The notes beneath the pieces are model-generated. The model saw only the letters and a program-made list of their open reading frames with translations. It had not been told where the DNA came from and did not search any database. Source: Octopus bimaculoides (taxonomy: Eukaryota). Taken from it: a stretch of DNA of 64,000 bases. Below, in pieces: positions 13,157 to 24,131 of this stretch (position 1 is its first letter; every line of letters starts with the position of its first letter). The DNA lies in the NCBI RefSeq assembly GCF_001194135.2, contig NC_068983.1:128504600-128568599 (forward strand). Reading direction: 5' to 3'. The position numbers were made by a program, and so were the translations under genes.

Positions 13157-16100
13157 GTAAGTACATTTACACAGGATACTAATTCAAATCGTCAGTAATA
13201 TTAACTACGAAACTGTCACATTAGTAAAGGAGAACATTAGATGCTTGCCAAGTATTCAGAGACAATAAATAACAATATTTATGTCAGTAGAAAATGAGCA
13301 TTGAACATTTACGATTACTTGATAAGCACGGTATGTATGTAGATCAAAATTCCAAAACTGATTGCTAGAATCTAAGCAAAGTTTATCATGCATATTTTCC
13401 TATTATATAAGGATAAACGTAAGAATATCTGAGATTCCTGATATAATGAATATGCTCTGCTAATCTTGAAGTGTAAAAATATTTAGTTAATTTTGAACTG
13501 TAAAGTTACATAAAGCCAACTTGAATGTTTCATGTGCCAGGTTTTGAAAACTATCAAGATGAGATCGGTGTAGTGAATGAGAATGCAGTGGGGCTACAGT
13601 GCCAGTTAGAAATAACCACACAATTTTACCCAATTGCGTTCAAACTTCAGGTTGTATAAAAGAGATTCTAGACAAATATCTGCTTTGTTGATCCAAGTGA
13701 TTAGGAGTTAATCAACAACAGTTTCAATAAATCGAGAAGTGGTATGGAAAATGTAACCTAACAAATAATATAAGAAAACAGTGGTCTCTTATATGTAAAT
13801 AACAAATAGTAGGTGACGAGGTAAGTGTTTTGAATAATGGCCTTTGTTACCTCATCTTTGGATGAACATACGTCAAGACATTCTGCTGCCCTCTTTTCGC
13901 CCAAGATTTCTTTTATTCATGTTAGCTCACTTTCATTCCCAATATGCTTTGTCTCTCTTTTACTATATATCGCAGAATTGTTACTACTCTATCTTTTTAG
14001 CGATAATCCCTCTTGCATAAGTTCGTATCTTCAATTTTTAACATTGATTAAGCCCAGATTTTCTCTCATCGCAGTTTCACACCATCCAAATTTGAGACCT
14101 AGCTTGCTTGCTGAATATTGTATTTACGACCAAGAAGTTGAGCTTAGCAGCTTTTGAAATCCAACCGAAGAAAGTTGAACAGTTATCATGACATTCTATA
14201 TAACAGTCCAACAATACTGCAAATTAACAATTTGCTGCCAGTTATTACGATCGTCGTACGAGTTAATGTCATTTTTGTATCTATGTGATTACAAGAGAGA
14301 CAGTATAACTGGAGCTGGTTTGGCGATGCTATGTGCAACTAACATGTATTGCGGTGCTGTCATGACAATAGTTGGTAATCCAAACGCCCAAAATTAGTCG
14401 AGTTACATGCATATATGTTATGAAATTACACTGCTTAAATAATGCGTTAGAAAAATGCGTATAGTTATTATTTTTGCTATTGGTGCTATTTTGTGTTCCA
14501 GGTCCGTCCTTAACGAGAAGGCCTACCTTTAATGACATTCCGGGTACTACATTGCCCTAGATTTGTATGGTAGTGTGTGATTTGAAAGCGATTTTGGCTA
14601 TTTTTAGCGGGTCGAATAAACAAGTAGATACACCTTGGCAGCTGCTGTGATCTTAAAAGTCTCTATTATAATCCATATATTTCGTAACAATAACAAATGT
14701 AGTATTGAGCGTGATTTAAGCAAACCATAATAACGCTGCAATATTGTGGTTCATTCAATTATATTGGACAGATAGCCTTGCACAAAAGCTTTTGAAAGTA
14801 CAGATTTAAATTTCGCCTGAACAATACACAGCACAATTGAAAATTGGCTGTCACTACATTATTACTTAGAATTGCAATATATTAATATAGTCTAGTTAAT
14901 GTTGGTTTTCAGCTAATTCAATATAACAGCTAAAGTATATTTTGCATTACGCCAGTATGCAATACTTCAAAGATAGTCAACAAGTAGATGATAATGAGAG
15001 AAATTGTTGAGATTAATGTCATGGTGACACAGAATACTTATGTAAACATTTAACTTCAAAGGTTACTAAGAACATTGTCCAAATGCAGCTAAGTTCGAAA
15101 CACACTAAAACGACCTGATCTTGTTGACATGTCGGCATTTAGCTTAGATCAGTCTTATGTGCAAAGATGTTTTAGCTAGACAGTTGCATTTTTCTATTAT
15201 TTCAGAAATCGCATCTAGGACAATATCTGACAGATTTATTGATTCTTTGCATAAACCATAGTGAGAAACGAGTGACATCGTGCTGCTACATATATCTGGT
15301 AGCTCGTGTGGACGCGTAGAAGTTCTTTTTATCAATTTTTATTAATACCTCTGAGAAAACGGTGCAATGACCGTACTTTTTACTAGCTGCATTAGAGAAA
15401 ATGCAGATAATATCATTGGAGTTCAGATTATAGATCTACATATTCAGGAAAATGTGACAGAAAAGTGTACTAAAAGATTATTGTTGATCTCAAAAGTTAT
15501 TTTGGGGTAAAGATATTTAGTGTAGAATCTTTGAATAAAGACAATGAAGAATCCATTAGGAATGGAGGGAGAATCGTATGTTTATGAGTGAAAATTATAT
15601 TTTGTGTTTAATGGTGCTAAAGAAACAATTCAGACAGATCACCGAAGGGTTGTAAAGTGTCAGTGATTTTTTGACGATGAGTCGAACCTGTGTCATTTCG
15701 TGTGGTTTGATATGCTTTTGCAAGGTCGAGGAAGACTTATGATGCTTTCTTGCATTCTAAAATGTGGTTTCTACAATCTCCGATCTAGGAACAGCAACAA
15801 ACTAAACATCCGTTCGGCACTCTAAAATAGAAAAATCACTTGAAATATGTTGATATCAGATTGCAAAGGCAAGCTGGTGTGCGGTCAGTCTTGAAACAGG
15901 AAGCAGTTATGCATATAGGAAATTGGCACATATGCAAGGAACTGCAATGCAGTTACAACGATCTTTCGTTATCGGTTGAATAGCAACCGCTACCTGCTGT
16001 GCGTTTGTGTTAATTAATGAACAAAATTTTCCGTAATCTATATTGAAGGAGCGCTCAGGATATATGTAGGTGGCACTAGAGTGTAGCATGTGTGGAGGAG

Positions 16101-16789
16101 GCCGTGGGTGGTCAAATTTAACAAGGTTCATGAAAATCAACTCTTTGTGAAGGCAGAAGTCTAGCGTGATATATACAAAACTGGCAATGACAGTAGAAGG
16201 CTGGGTGACAAGCGGATTAACATTGAAATCATATTAAAATGCATAGTTAATGAAGAAATATGCACTGATTAAAACTAGAAACTTCACAGTAGGAAACAAC
16301 AATTAAATCTAGGTAAGATGTGTATGATGCACATATATTATTGCATAAATTGCATGAATATATTAGAAAAGGAAAGTGTTAAGCACTGTAGTAATAAAGC
16401 CATAAAAGAGAAGACAATGGGAAATAACCTTTCAGAAAGATATATAAATAGCCTTCAAAACACGGAAGATGTGACACCTCTTCAGATGTGGACCAATATT
16501 TTTGCGCATTATTTATACATCAAACTCACCTATTTATCACAACTGCAAACATAAATATATATAACGGTATAAATTGGAAATTACTGGCATTAAACTTACC
16601 TAACTATCCGTTTGCCCTTGAAGTAGAGAGTAATTAATCCTATGGACGATCATTTATTTTGTTTTCCTTCGTGTATGGCCAGAAGTTGTTTTTCAATGGT
16701 TGATGCTCCGTAGATACATCATGCAAATAGTGATGCTACGGTATCACGACCTGGCTATAGCCACGTATGCACATATACATACATATGTG

Positions 16790-16860
16790 TGTATATATCT
16801 ATATCTGTCTCTCTCTATATATATATACACATATATATATATATGTATATGTACATATGA

Positions 16861-16910
<50 letters not shown>

Positions 16911-17012
16911 ACGTGTGTGTGAGTATGTGTTTGTGTGTGTGTACGTGTGTGTGAGTTTGTGTGTGTGTGTGTGTGTATATGTTTGTGCGTGTGTGTGTGT
17001 GTGTGTGTTTGT
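16790..17012. repeat. Compound (TA)n/(TG)n microsatellite
   Basis: Direct reading; source of the YI/VC/TH ORFs. Confidence 0.95.
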
Positions 17013-17740
17013 GTAAAATCGATTCTGAATCTCGTCAAGTTTGCTGGCTAAAAACACTTGAATAAATTCTTCATTACATTACAGACATTCATCATAGATC
17101 TCTGGCAACAACAAGGGCAACAGCAACAGCAGCTACAGTAAAGAGAGACTCAAAACAAACAAAATCTCGAATAGAAAACAAAACAAAGAAGCAACGTGAA
17201 CACAATAAGAAGAAAACAAAAGAAGACTAAGGAAGCAAAGAATTGTGAAGTAGAGAGAGTGGCGAGTGTCCGGCGAAGAAGGATTGAACATAAATGAAGA
17301 ATATTAGATGAAATACATTTATTAACTCTTCTACGTCCAACACTAGATTTACGCTGGTGACCCTGGGTTGCGTTCTGTAATGAAATAAATGAAATCTAAG
17401 ATAGTTAATGGACTTCCCTTAATATCCTGTTAAACAGTTCACAACTCTATTGGCACTATGAAAACGATGAAGGTTTTTTAAAACATATTATTCACCATTT
17501 CAGATATATTCCTACCAACTTTGAGATTATTTCATTTTGTTCTCCCATGATTTTTCTAGAAATTTAGATTTCGCTTCCGACATTCATGTTTATCCTCACA
17601 GTATTTCATCTTGCATATGATAATTTTGAACGAAACAGCGTGAAAAATACATGCCTATATTTGTGTGTGACTGTATGCGTGCGGAAGAGTGCTTACCTGA
17701 GTAAGAGTGCATCATATAATTTGCTGTTGTTGTTGTGCCT

Positions 17741-17833
17741 AAGGCGGTGAGCTTTGAGAATCGTTAGTACGCTTGGGAAAGTGCTTAGCGGCATTTCGTC
17801 TGTCTTTAGTTTCTGAATTCAAATTCCACCGGA
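17741..17833 (+). mobile_element. tRNA-derived SINE, family 2 (head only)
   Basis: aaggcggtgagctttgagaatcgttagtacgc...ttctgaattcaaattccacc; homologous in inverse orientation to 18100-18317 and 18340-18546. Confidence 0.75.
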
Positions 17834-17837
17834 GGGG

Positions 17838-18050
17838 ACGTGATACTAATAGTAATTGGTGCACTTGGAAGTATCGGCACTCAACTTCCAACATAGCTGA
17901 AAAAGATTGAAGGAAGTGTGAAGGTAGAAACCAACAAAAATAAGTATTGCTTGGAACTGTAAGAATTCTTCGCAGGATTTTTAAATGATGGCCTGTAAAT
18001 GGGTCACCTTAGTATGCTGGCTGTGGACAGCTGACAGATTCCATCATACC
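17838..18050 (+). mobile_element. 3' end fragment of an R4/Dong-like LINE
   Basis: VILIVIGALGSIGTQLPT*LKKIEGSVKVE..., the PIVIGALG REL C-terminal motif. Confidence 0.6.
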
Positions 18051-18099
18051 CCCATCATACCAAGCAATATAAGCTGTGAGTTTTCATATAATAATAATT

Positions 18100-18317
18100 A
18101 CCCTTTCTAGTAAAGGCAGAAAACCTGAAATGTTTGATGAATTGCCTAGTCAGTTAAGTCGACGGAAGTGATTCACCAATATTTAATGCATCGACTCCGA
18201 AAGGATGAAAGGCAAAGCCGACCTCGGAAGAATTTGACCTTAGAACGTAGACACAGACGAAATGCAGTTAAGCACTTTGCCCAGAGTGCTAACTACTCTG
18301 CCAGCCCGCCACCTTAA
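18100..18317 (-). mobile_element. tRNA-derived SINE, family 2
   Basis: Reverse complement aaggtggcgggctggcagagtagttagcactctgggcaaagtgcttaactgcatttcgtctgtg...ttctaaggtcaaattcttccgaggtcggctttgcctttcatcctttcggagtcgat. Confidence 0.85.
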
Positions 18318-18339
18318 TAATAAAAATAATTATTTTTTC

Positions 18340-18546
18340 AAATTTTGCCACAAGGGCATATCGGAGAAGTGGGAATGAGTCAATTACATGGTCCCCAGTA
18401 TTCGATTGGTACTTATTTTATCGACCCCGAAAGCATGAAAAGCAAAGTCGACCTTGGTGAAATTTGAACTGAGAATGTAGCGACGGGCGAAATACCGCTA
18501 AACATTTCGTCCAGCGGGCTAACGATTCTGCCAGCTCGCTGCTTTA
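18340..18546 (-). mobile_element. tRNA-derived SINE, family 2 (tandem to previous copy)
   Basis: Reverse complement aaagcagcgagctggcagaatcgttagcccgctggacgaaatgtttagcggtatttcg...ttctcagttcaaatttcaccaaggtcgactttgc. Confidence 0.85.
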
Positions 18547-19990
18547 ACAACAACAATACTAATAATATGTGAATACGAATCTATAGACATATATTGCACA
18601 CATATTTGTATAAATCATTATATATGTATATATTATTTTTATTGTTGGGCAAAATGTGTTGTGGAATTACAAGTGTGATTAGCAGCAGCACCGAAGTGGT
18701 GTAGTACTCGTCAGTTCATATTGGATTACATCGTGGATAATGTGCTTGAAAAGAAGACTTCTGCATAGTAATGTGACGGCCATTGCAGGCAGACGTAGAT
18801 TATTGAGGGCTGTGAGGAAAATGAAAGAAACTCGTGTATCCATTGGTAGGAATATGAGGAAACAGTATAGAAAATACATTTGAAAATATAATTGAAAATA
18901 TATTTGAGTTCTAAATAATGCTGGAGTATAAATCTGAAAGACTAAAAATTCTATTCTAATCCACTGAAGAAAGAAAGAAATGTGGAATTCGTATTTTTAT
19001 TTGAGAATACGTTTTCCTGGCTTTCAGATGGAAAGGAACAGAAAGAGATTTCGGTTGGTGAAGTAAATGTTTAACGCAATGCGTCGAGAACGTTAGGGTT
19101 GCTACTAGCAATGTACAGATTCGTTCACATTCAAAATCATATAATTTAGTATTGAATTTATCTGAACGTAAACATGATTGTTTCAGCTCACGTTGAATCT
19201 TGTATTACGACTTTGGGCATCAATTCAGATATTCGATTCTTAGCAATTTTAGCTGCAGGATTTGAATTACATTTTTAATGGTCTTAGTCAAATGTAAGGT
19301 GTTAACTTGAAATTCATTTTCATGCTGGCAAGAGTGGAAGCTATAATGCTCAATGGCATTTTTCTGAAGATACACTTCAGAATCTGTAAAATAATTACTG
19401 CCGAATGGCTTTTATGCAACAGATTGAGTCATAATTTTATTCTTATTTCAGTCTTCAATTAATAGTGCACAAAAATCACATGCGGAAAGTATTTTGTTTA
19501 TTTATCAAAATACATATAATCATATTCTATTATTTGTCCCCATCGTTGTGCCAGAAGATCAATTCCACGATTATAACTTCTGGCTGGTTTAAACATCTCC
19601 CTGCGTCAGTACACAAACTCATATCCACGTTGTTCAAACTCCGTTCGTGCTGGAAATAAATCATGGTTCGGAAAAGTGGGTAATCTCATGCTAATAGGTT
19701 GGTGAGGCAGAAACATCAAGCCCACCAAGTTTCTCAAGTTTTCGCGTCGGTGCATTGATAGAGTGTGTAAGGGCTCAGCGATGCTGTTCGACTTCACATC
19801 TACGATTGACCAATGCCGAGTACCGGATTTGTACGTAATCTCTTAGAGTAGCTGTAGAACACACGTCGTATTCCCCAAAAGGTAGGACTACAATATTATT
19901 AGAAAACAACGAAGTGATTCGTTCATAACCACTTTCTAATTTTATTGAAAACAGTGTTAATTATATCAATATCAGGTTAAGCAAGGGATC

Positions 19991-20124
19991 ATTATTTACA
20001 TTATTTACATTTAACGGATATTTGTCCTCATCTTGTTTGCTGTTAACACAACTTTTCGGCTGCCTTCATCAGGCGTCTTGGGGAATTTTCGAACCTAGGT
20101 TCTCATACTTAAGGTATTTTTCGA

Positions 20125-20203
<79 letters not shown>

Positions 20204-20246
20204 TTTACTGCCTGGAATCGAACTCGGAATCTTGGGGTTAGTAGCC
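19991..20246 (-). mobile_element. Hammerhead-bearing repeat, left (minus) arm: tRNA-like head - (AAT)n - HHR body - tail
   Basis: On the minus strand: ggctactaaccccaagattccGAGTTCGATTCCaggcag (B-box; 20201-20246), (AAT)n, aacatcgaaaaataccttaag..., GACGC CTGATGA AGGCAGCC GAAA AGTT GTGTT, ...aaatatccgttaaatgtaaataatgtaaataat. Confidence 0.75.
20045..20077 (-). ncRNA. Degenerate type I hammerhead ribozyme motif (stem II loop deleted)
   Basis: CTGATGA and GAAA present; 13-nt deletion in stem II and C15.2>A relative to sister copies. Confidence 0.55.
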
Positions 20247-20258
20247 ANNNNNNNNNNC

Positions 20259-20357
<99 letters not shown>

Positions 20358-20546
20358 CAACAGCAACATTGAAAAATACCTTAGGAATGAGAACCCAAGT
20401 TCGAAATTTCCCGAAGACACCCAATGAAGGCTGGAGAGTATATCAGCCGAAACGTTGTGTTAACAACAAACAAGATGAGGGCAAATATCCGTCAAATGTA
20501 AATAATGTAAATAATGTACATAATTTCTCATCTCTTAAATATAGAA
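20259..20546 (+). mobile_element. Hammerhead-bearing repeat, right (plus) arm
   Basis: (AAT)n then aacattgaaaaataccttaggaatgagaacccaagttcgaaatttcccgaaGACAC CCAATGA AGGCTG GAGAGTATAT CAGCC GAAAC GTT GTGTT...aatgtacataatttctcatctcttaaatatagaa; catalytic core mutated (CCAATGA). Confidence 0.8.
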
Positions 20547-20642
20547 TTTATTAAGCAAAGGCTGTTGAGATATATTTGAACCTGTTTAAAAGGCTTCTAT
20601 CGTTACATTACTGTGAAATGCATCTCGTACAGTGTTGTTGTT

Positions 20643-20643
20643 G

Positions 20644-20707
<64 letters not shown>
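20643..20707. repeat. (GTA)n microsatellite
   Basis: Direct reading. Confidence 0.95.
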
Positions 20708-20708
<1 letters not shown>

Positions 20709-21425
20709 TAAAAAAGACAAGGTTTAACTTCGGTGGGAGAATTTAGGAAATCGTTCTAGAAAGATTCACTTGCACAAAATAGATTGTATGAGGATATTGA
20801 TTGGATTAAAATTTTAGTTAGCCGTTTAATAATAAGAATTAATTTTAAAGAAAAATAGCTGCATGGTTTGACAGATGAGTTACATCAGAATATAATACAT
20901 ATAATGATTACAAAGCTATAGCTGTTTAATTTTGTGATAATTAATAATGCTGTTTAACACAGACACAACGAAATAGACTATAGGGGAAGGGATAATCGAT
21001 TTGATCGATTAAAATAATTAAAACTTCACTAGTGTTACTAATAATTTGTAGCATGTTGATATGTCTTAAAATTTGAAGCAGAGGAATACCCATGCGATTG
21101 CCTCCAGTTGGACGCCAATAAGTTTTAACTCATGTCTTCGAAAATAACCCCAATTGTTCCCCACTGGAACGATCTCACTGTTTAAATCTAGGAGGACGTA
21201 TATGTGAAAGTGGCTTTTATAAGAAACGTTTAGCATAGAAAAAAGTATAAGATAAGCATTCGAAAAAAATATTAAAACAACAGAACGTGTTCCTAAATCA
21301 GAAACAAACAGTATGTCTGTGTTAATTACTAAAAAGATACATGTATTTTTAATATCTTATATAAGTTTAAAGTGCGAGCGCTTAAACAACAACGTGCATA
21401 CATACATATATATATACATATATAT

Positions 21426-21471
<46 letters not shown>

Positions 21472-22180
21472 NNNNNNNNNNNNNNNNNNNNNNNNNNNNN
21501 NNNNNNNNNNNNNNNNNNNNNNNNNNNNNNNNNNNNNNNNNNNNNNNNNNNNNNNNNNNNNNNNNNNNNNNNNNNNNNNNNNNNNNNNNNNNNNNNNNNN
21601 NNNNNNNNNNNNNNNNNNNNNNNNNNNNNNNNNNNNNNNNNNNNNNNNNNNNNNNNNNNNNNNNNNNNNNNNNNNNNNNNNNNNNNNNNNNNNNNNNNNN
21701 NNNNNNNNNNNNNNNNNNNNNNNNNNNNNNNNNNNNNNNNNNNNNNNNNNNNNNNNNNNNNNNNNNNNNNNNNNNNNNNNNNNNNNNNNNNNNNNNNNNN
21801 NNNNNNNNNNNNNNNNNNNNNNNNNNNNNNNNNNNNNNNNNNNNNNNNNNNNNNNNNNNNNNNNNNNNNNNNNNNNNNNNNNNNNNNNNNNNNNNNNNNN
21901 NNNNNNNNNNNNNNNNNNNNNNNNNNNNNNNNNNNNNNNNNNNNNNNNNNNNNNNNNNNNNNNNNNNNNNNNNNNNNNNNNNNNNNNNNNNNNNNNNNNN
22001 NNNNNNNNNNNNNNNNNNNNNNNNNNNNNNNNNNNNNNNNNNNNNNNNNNNNNNNNNNNNNNNNNNNNNNNNNNNNNNNNNNNNNNNNNNNNNNNNNNNN
22101 NNNNNNNNNNNNNNNNNNNNNNNNNNNNNNNNNNNNNNNNNNNNNNNNNNNNNNNNNNNNNNNNNNNNNNNNNNNNNNNN

Positions 22181-22700
22181 GGAGTGGGAAGGTAGAGTAG
22201 GAGTGTGTTGGGGGTGGGTTTGGATGAGCTTATGAGGGAGGGCTGACGATTAAGGGGGAGGGGTGCCAATGAAGGGGGAAGGGGAAGGTGGATATAAGAG
22301 AGGGGGAAGGTGGGTATGGGAGGAGGGAGAAAGAGAGGAAGAGAGTAAGTGAGAGAGTAAGAGAGTAAGAGAGAAGAAAGTGAGAGAGAGAGAGAAAGAG
22401 AGAAGAGAGTGAGAGAGAGCGAGTAAGAGAGAAGAGAGTGAGAGAGAGTAAGAGAGTAAGAGAGTAAGAGAGTAAGAGAGAGGAGAGAAAGAGTAGGGTT
22501 GAAGAGAAGCAGGAGTGAAGAGAAGTAGGAGTGAAGAGAAGTAGGAGTGAAGAGAAGTAGGAGTGAAAAGAAGTGAAGAGAAGTACAGAGATGTAGGAGT
22601 CGGAGCAGGAGGAGGAGGTGGGTGGGATGAGAGGGGAGATGAGTGGTAGGAGGGAGGGCGTGAGTATAGGCAGGGGAGGGGGTAGATGAAGAGGAGAGGG
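22181..22700 (+). repeat. Purine-rich low-complexity tract with (GAGAGTAA)n and 16-nt (GAGTGAAGAGAAGTAG)n units and G-runs
   Basis: Direct reading; about 500 bp dominated by A and G on the plus strand. Confidence 0.85.
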
Positions 22701-23519
22701 GAGTTGAGCCCACGTGGCGCAAAGAAGCGAAGAGAGAAGATTAATCCTTGTTCACGGCGCAAACGGGAGTCTGGATGGCCCCTGTGCATGGACAATCGAA
22801 ACACGGACAGGTGTTGCTGCAAGGAGTATATATATACACATACACATGCACGCATACATATATCTATATATCTTATATATAAATGAGAATTTCTTTCTTT
22901 CTGTACGGCTGTCTGTTACCATCTTGCTGCCCAAACCAGGGAACCGATCTCCACCAACTTTGTTTGCATATTGAACTAACGCTCAGTTCAGTTATAAGGT
23001 TAAATGGATTTCAAGAAGAATCGATAATGGACCGACTACGGGGGGTTGGACTATCAAATAATAAACGAGAGAGGCACAAATATGTTAGGTTCAGGAAAAT
23101 GTGGCGTAATGAGGGTGACTGAGATCTGGAAAGGGGAGGAGACAGGAAGAGGAAGAAACACAGGAAATATGAGAGACAGACTGAAAGAAAGACAGACAGG
23201 GGCATCTTCCATATATATATAAAATAGAGTTTGCGCCTGTGTGTTCGTGTGTGTGTGCGTATCTTCCTTACGCCTTCGAAAACTGAGTTGCCGATTTTGA
23301 CGTATGGAGTACGAGAAAGATTCAGTAATATTACCACTACCAAATATACTTTATTTTTATTTACATATTTGCATGACAAAATATTTACATGATAAATTTT
23401 TCTATAAGTCGATTATCGTAAACATTTTATATCACCACTACAACGACGACGACGTCACATTTTGTTTATGAGTGTATACTTTAAAAGACATCCATTTCTG
23501 CATATGTTATGACGAATTA

Positions 23520-23670
23520 CAGTTACTCACTCACTCACTCACTCATTTACTCACTCACTCACTCACTCACTCTCTCTTTCACACTCATTCGCTCACTCAC
23601 TCACTCTCTCACTCACTCACTCACTGACTCACTCACTCACTCACTCACTCACTCTCTCTCTCTCTCTTAT
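23520..23670. repeat. (ACTC)n tetranucleotide repeat
   Basis: Direct reading; source of the SLTH ORF. Confidence 0.9.
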
Positions 23671-24087
23671 ATACACAAGCACACATATATACAAAAAGAT
23701 GTATCCATATGCATTTATGTATGTGAATATGAAATATGTGTGTGCGAGATAGAGAGAGTGACCGAGTGTCACTTACACATAGAAGACAATACAGGGTCTT
23801 CATTCACTCATTCACTCTCTCTCTCCTTATTTGTCTTTCACACGCACATGCACACTCACACTCACGCACACCCGTCCATTTCATATACACGTACATACAT
23901 CTTTCACTTTCACCTCACTTTCACTTTCTGCTCACATCAAAGCAAACGTCGCAATTCACTTTCTCTCCTCTTTCAATTCCCGCTCTCTTCAAAGCATAAG
24001 GAAATAAAAACAAATTACGTGAATTAACTAATTATCTTTCGAAAACCGAGTTACCGATTTTGAGGTATTGTAGTGCATTGTTGTTCA

Positions 24088-24131
<44 letters not shown>

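Noticed and set aside
15144-15335. Minus ORF ending IVLDAISEIIEKCNCLAKTSLHIRLI, vaguely macro-domain-like
   Set aside because: The diagnostic AIGTG/GxxGxP loop is absent and no splice context supports it.
19600-19890. GC-richer block that looked like a DNA-transposon fragment
   Set aside because: No TIR, motif or second copy found in the window, so it cannot be classified.
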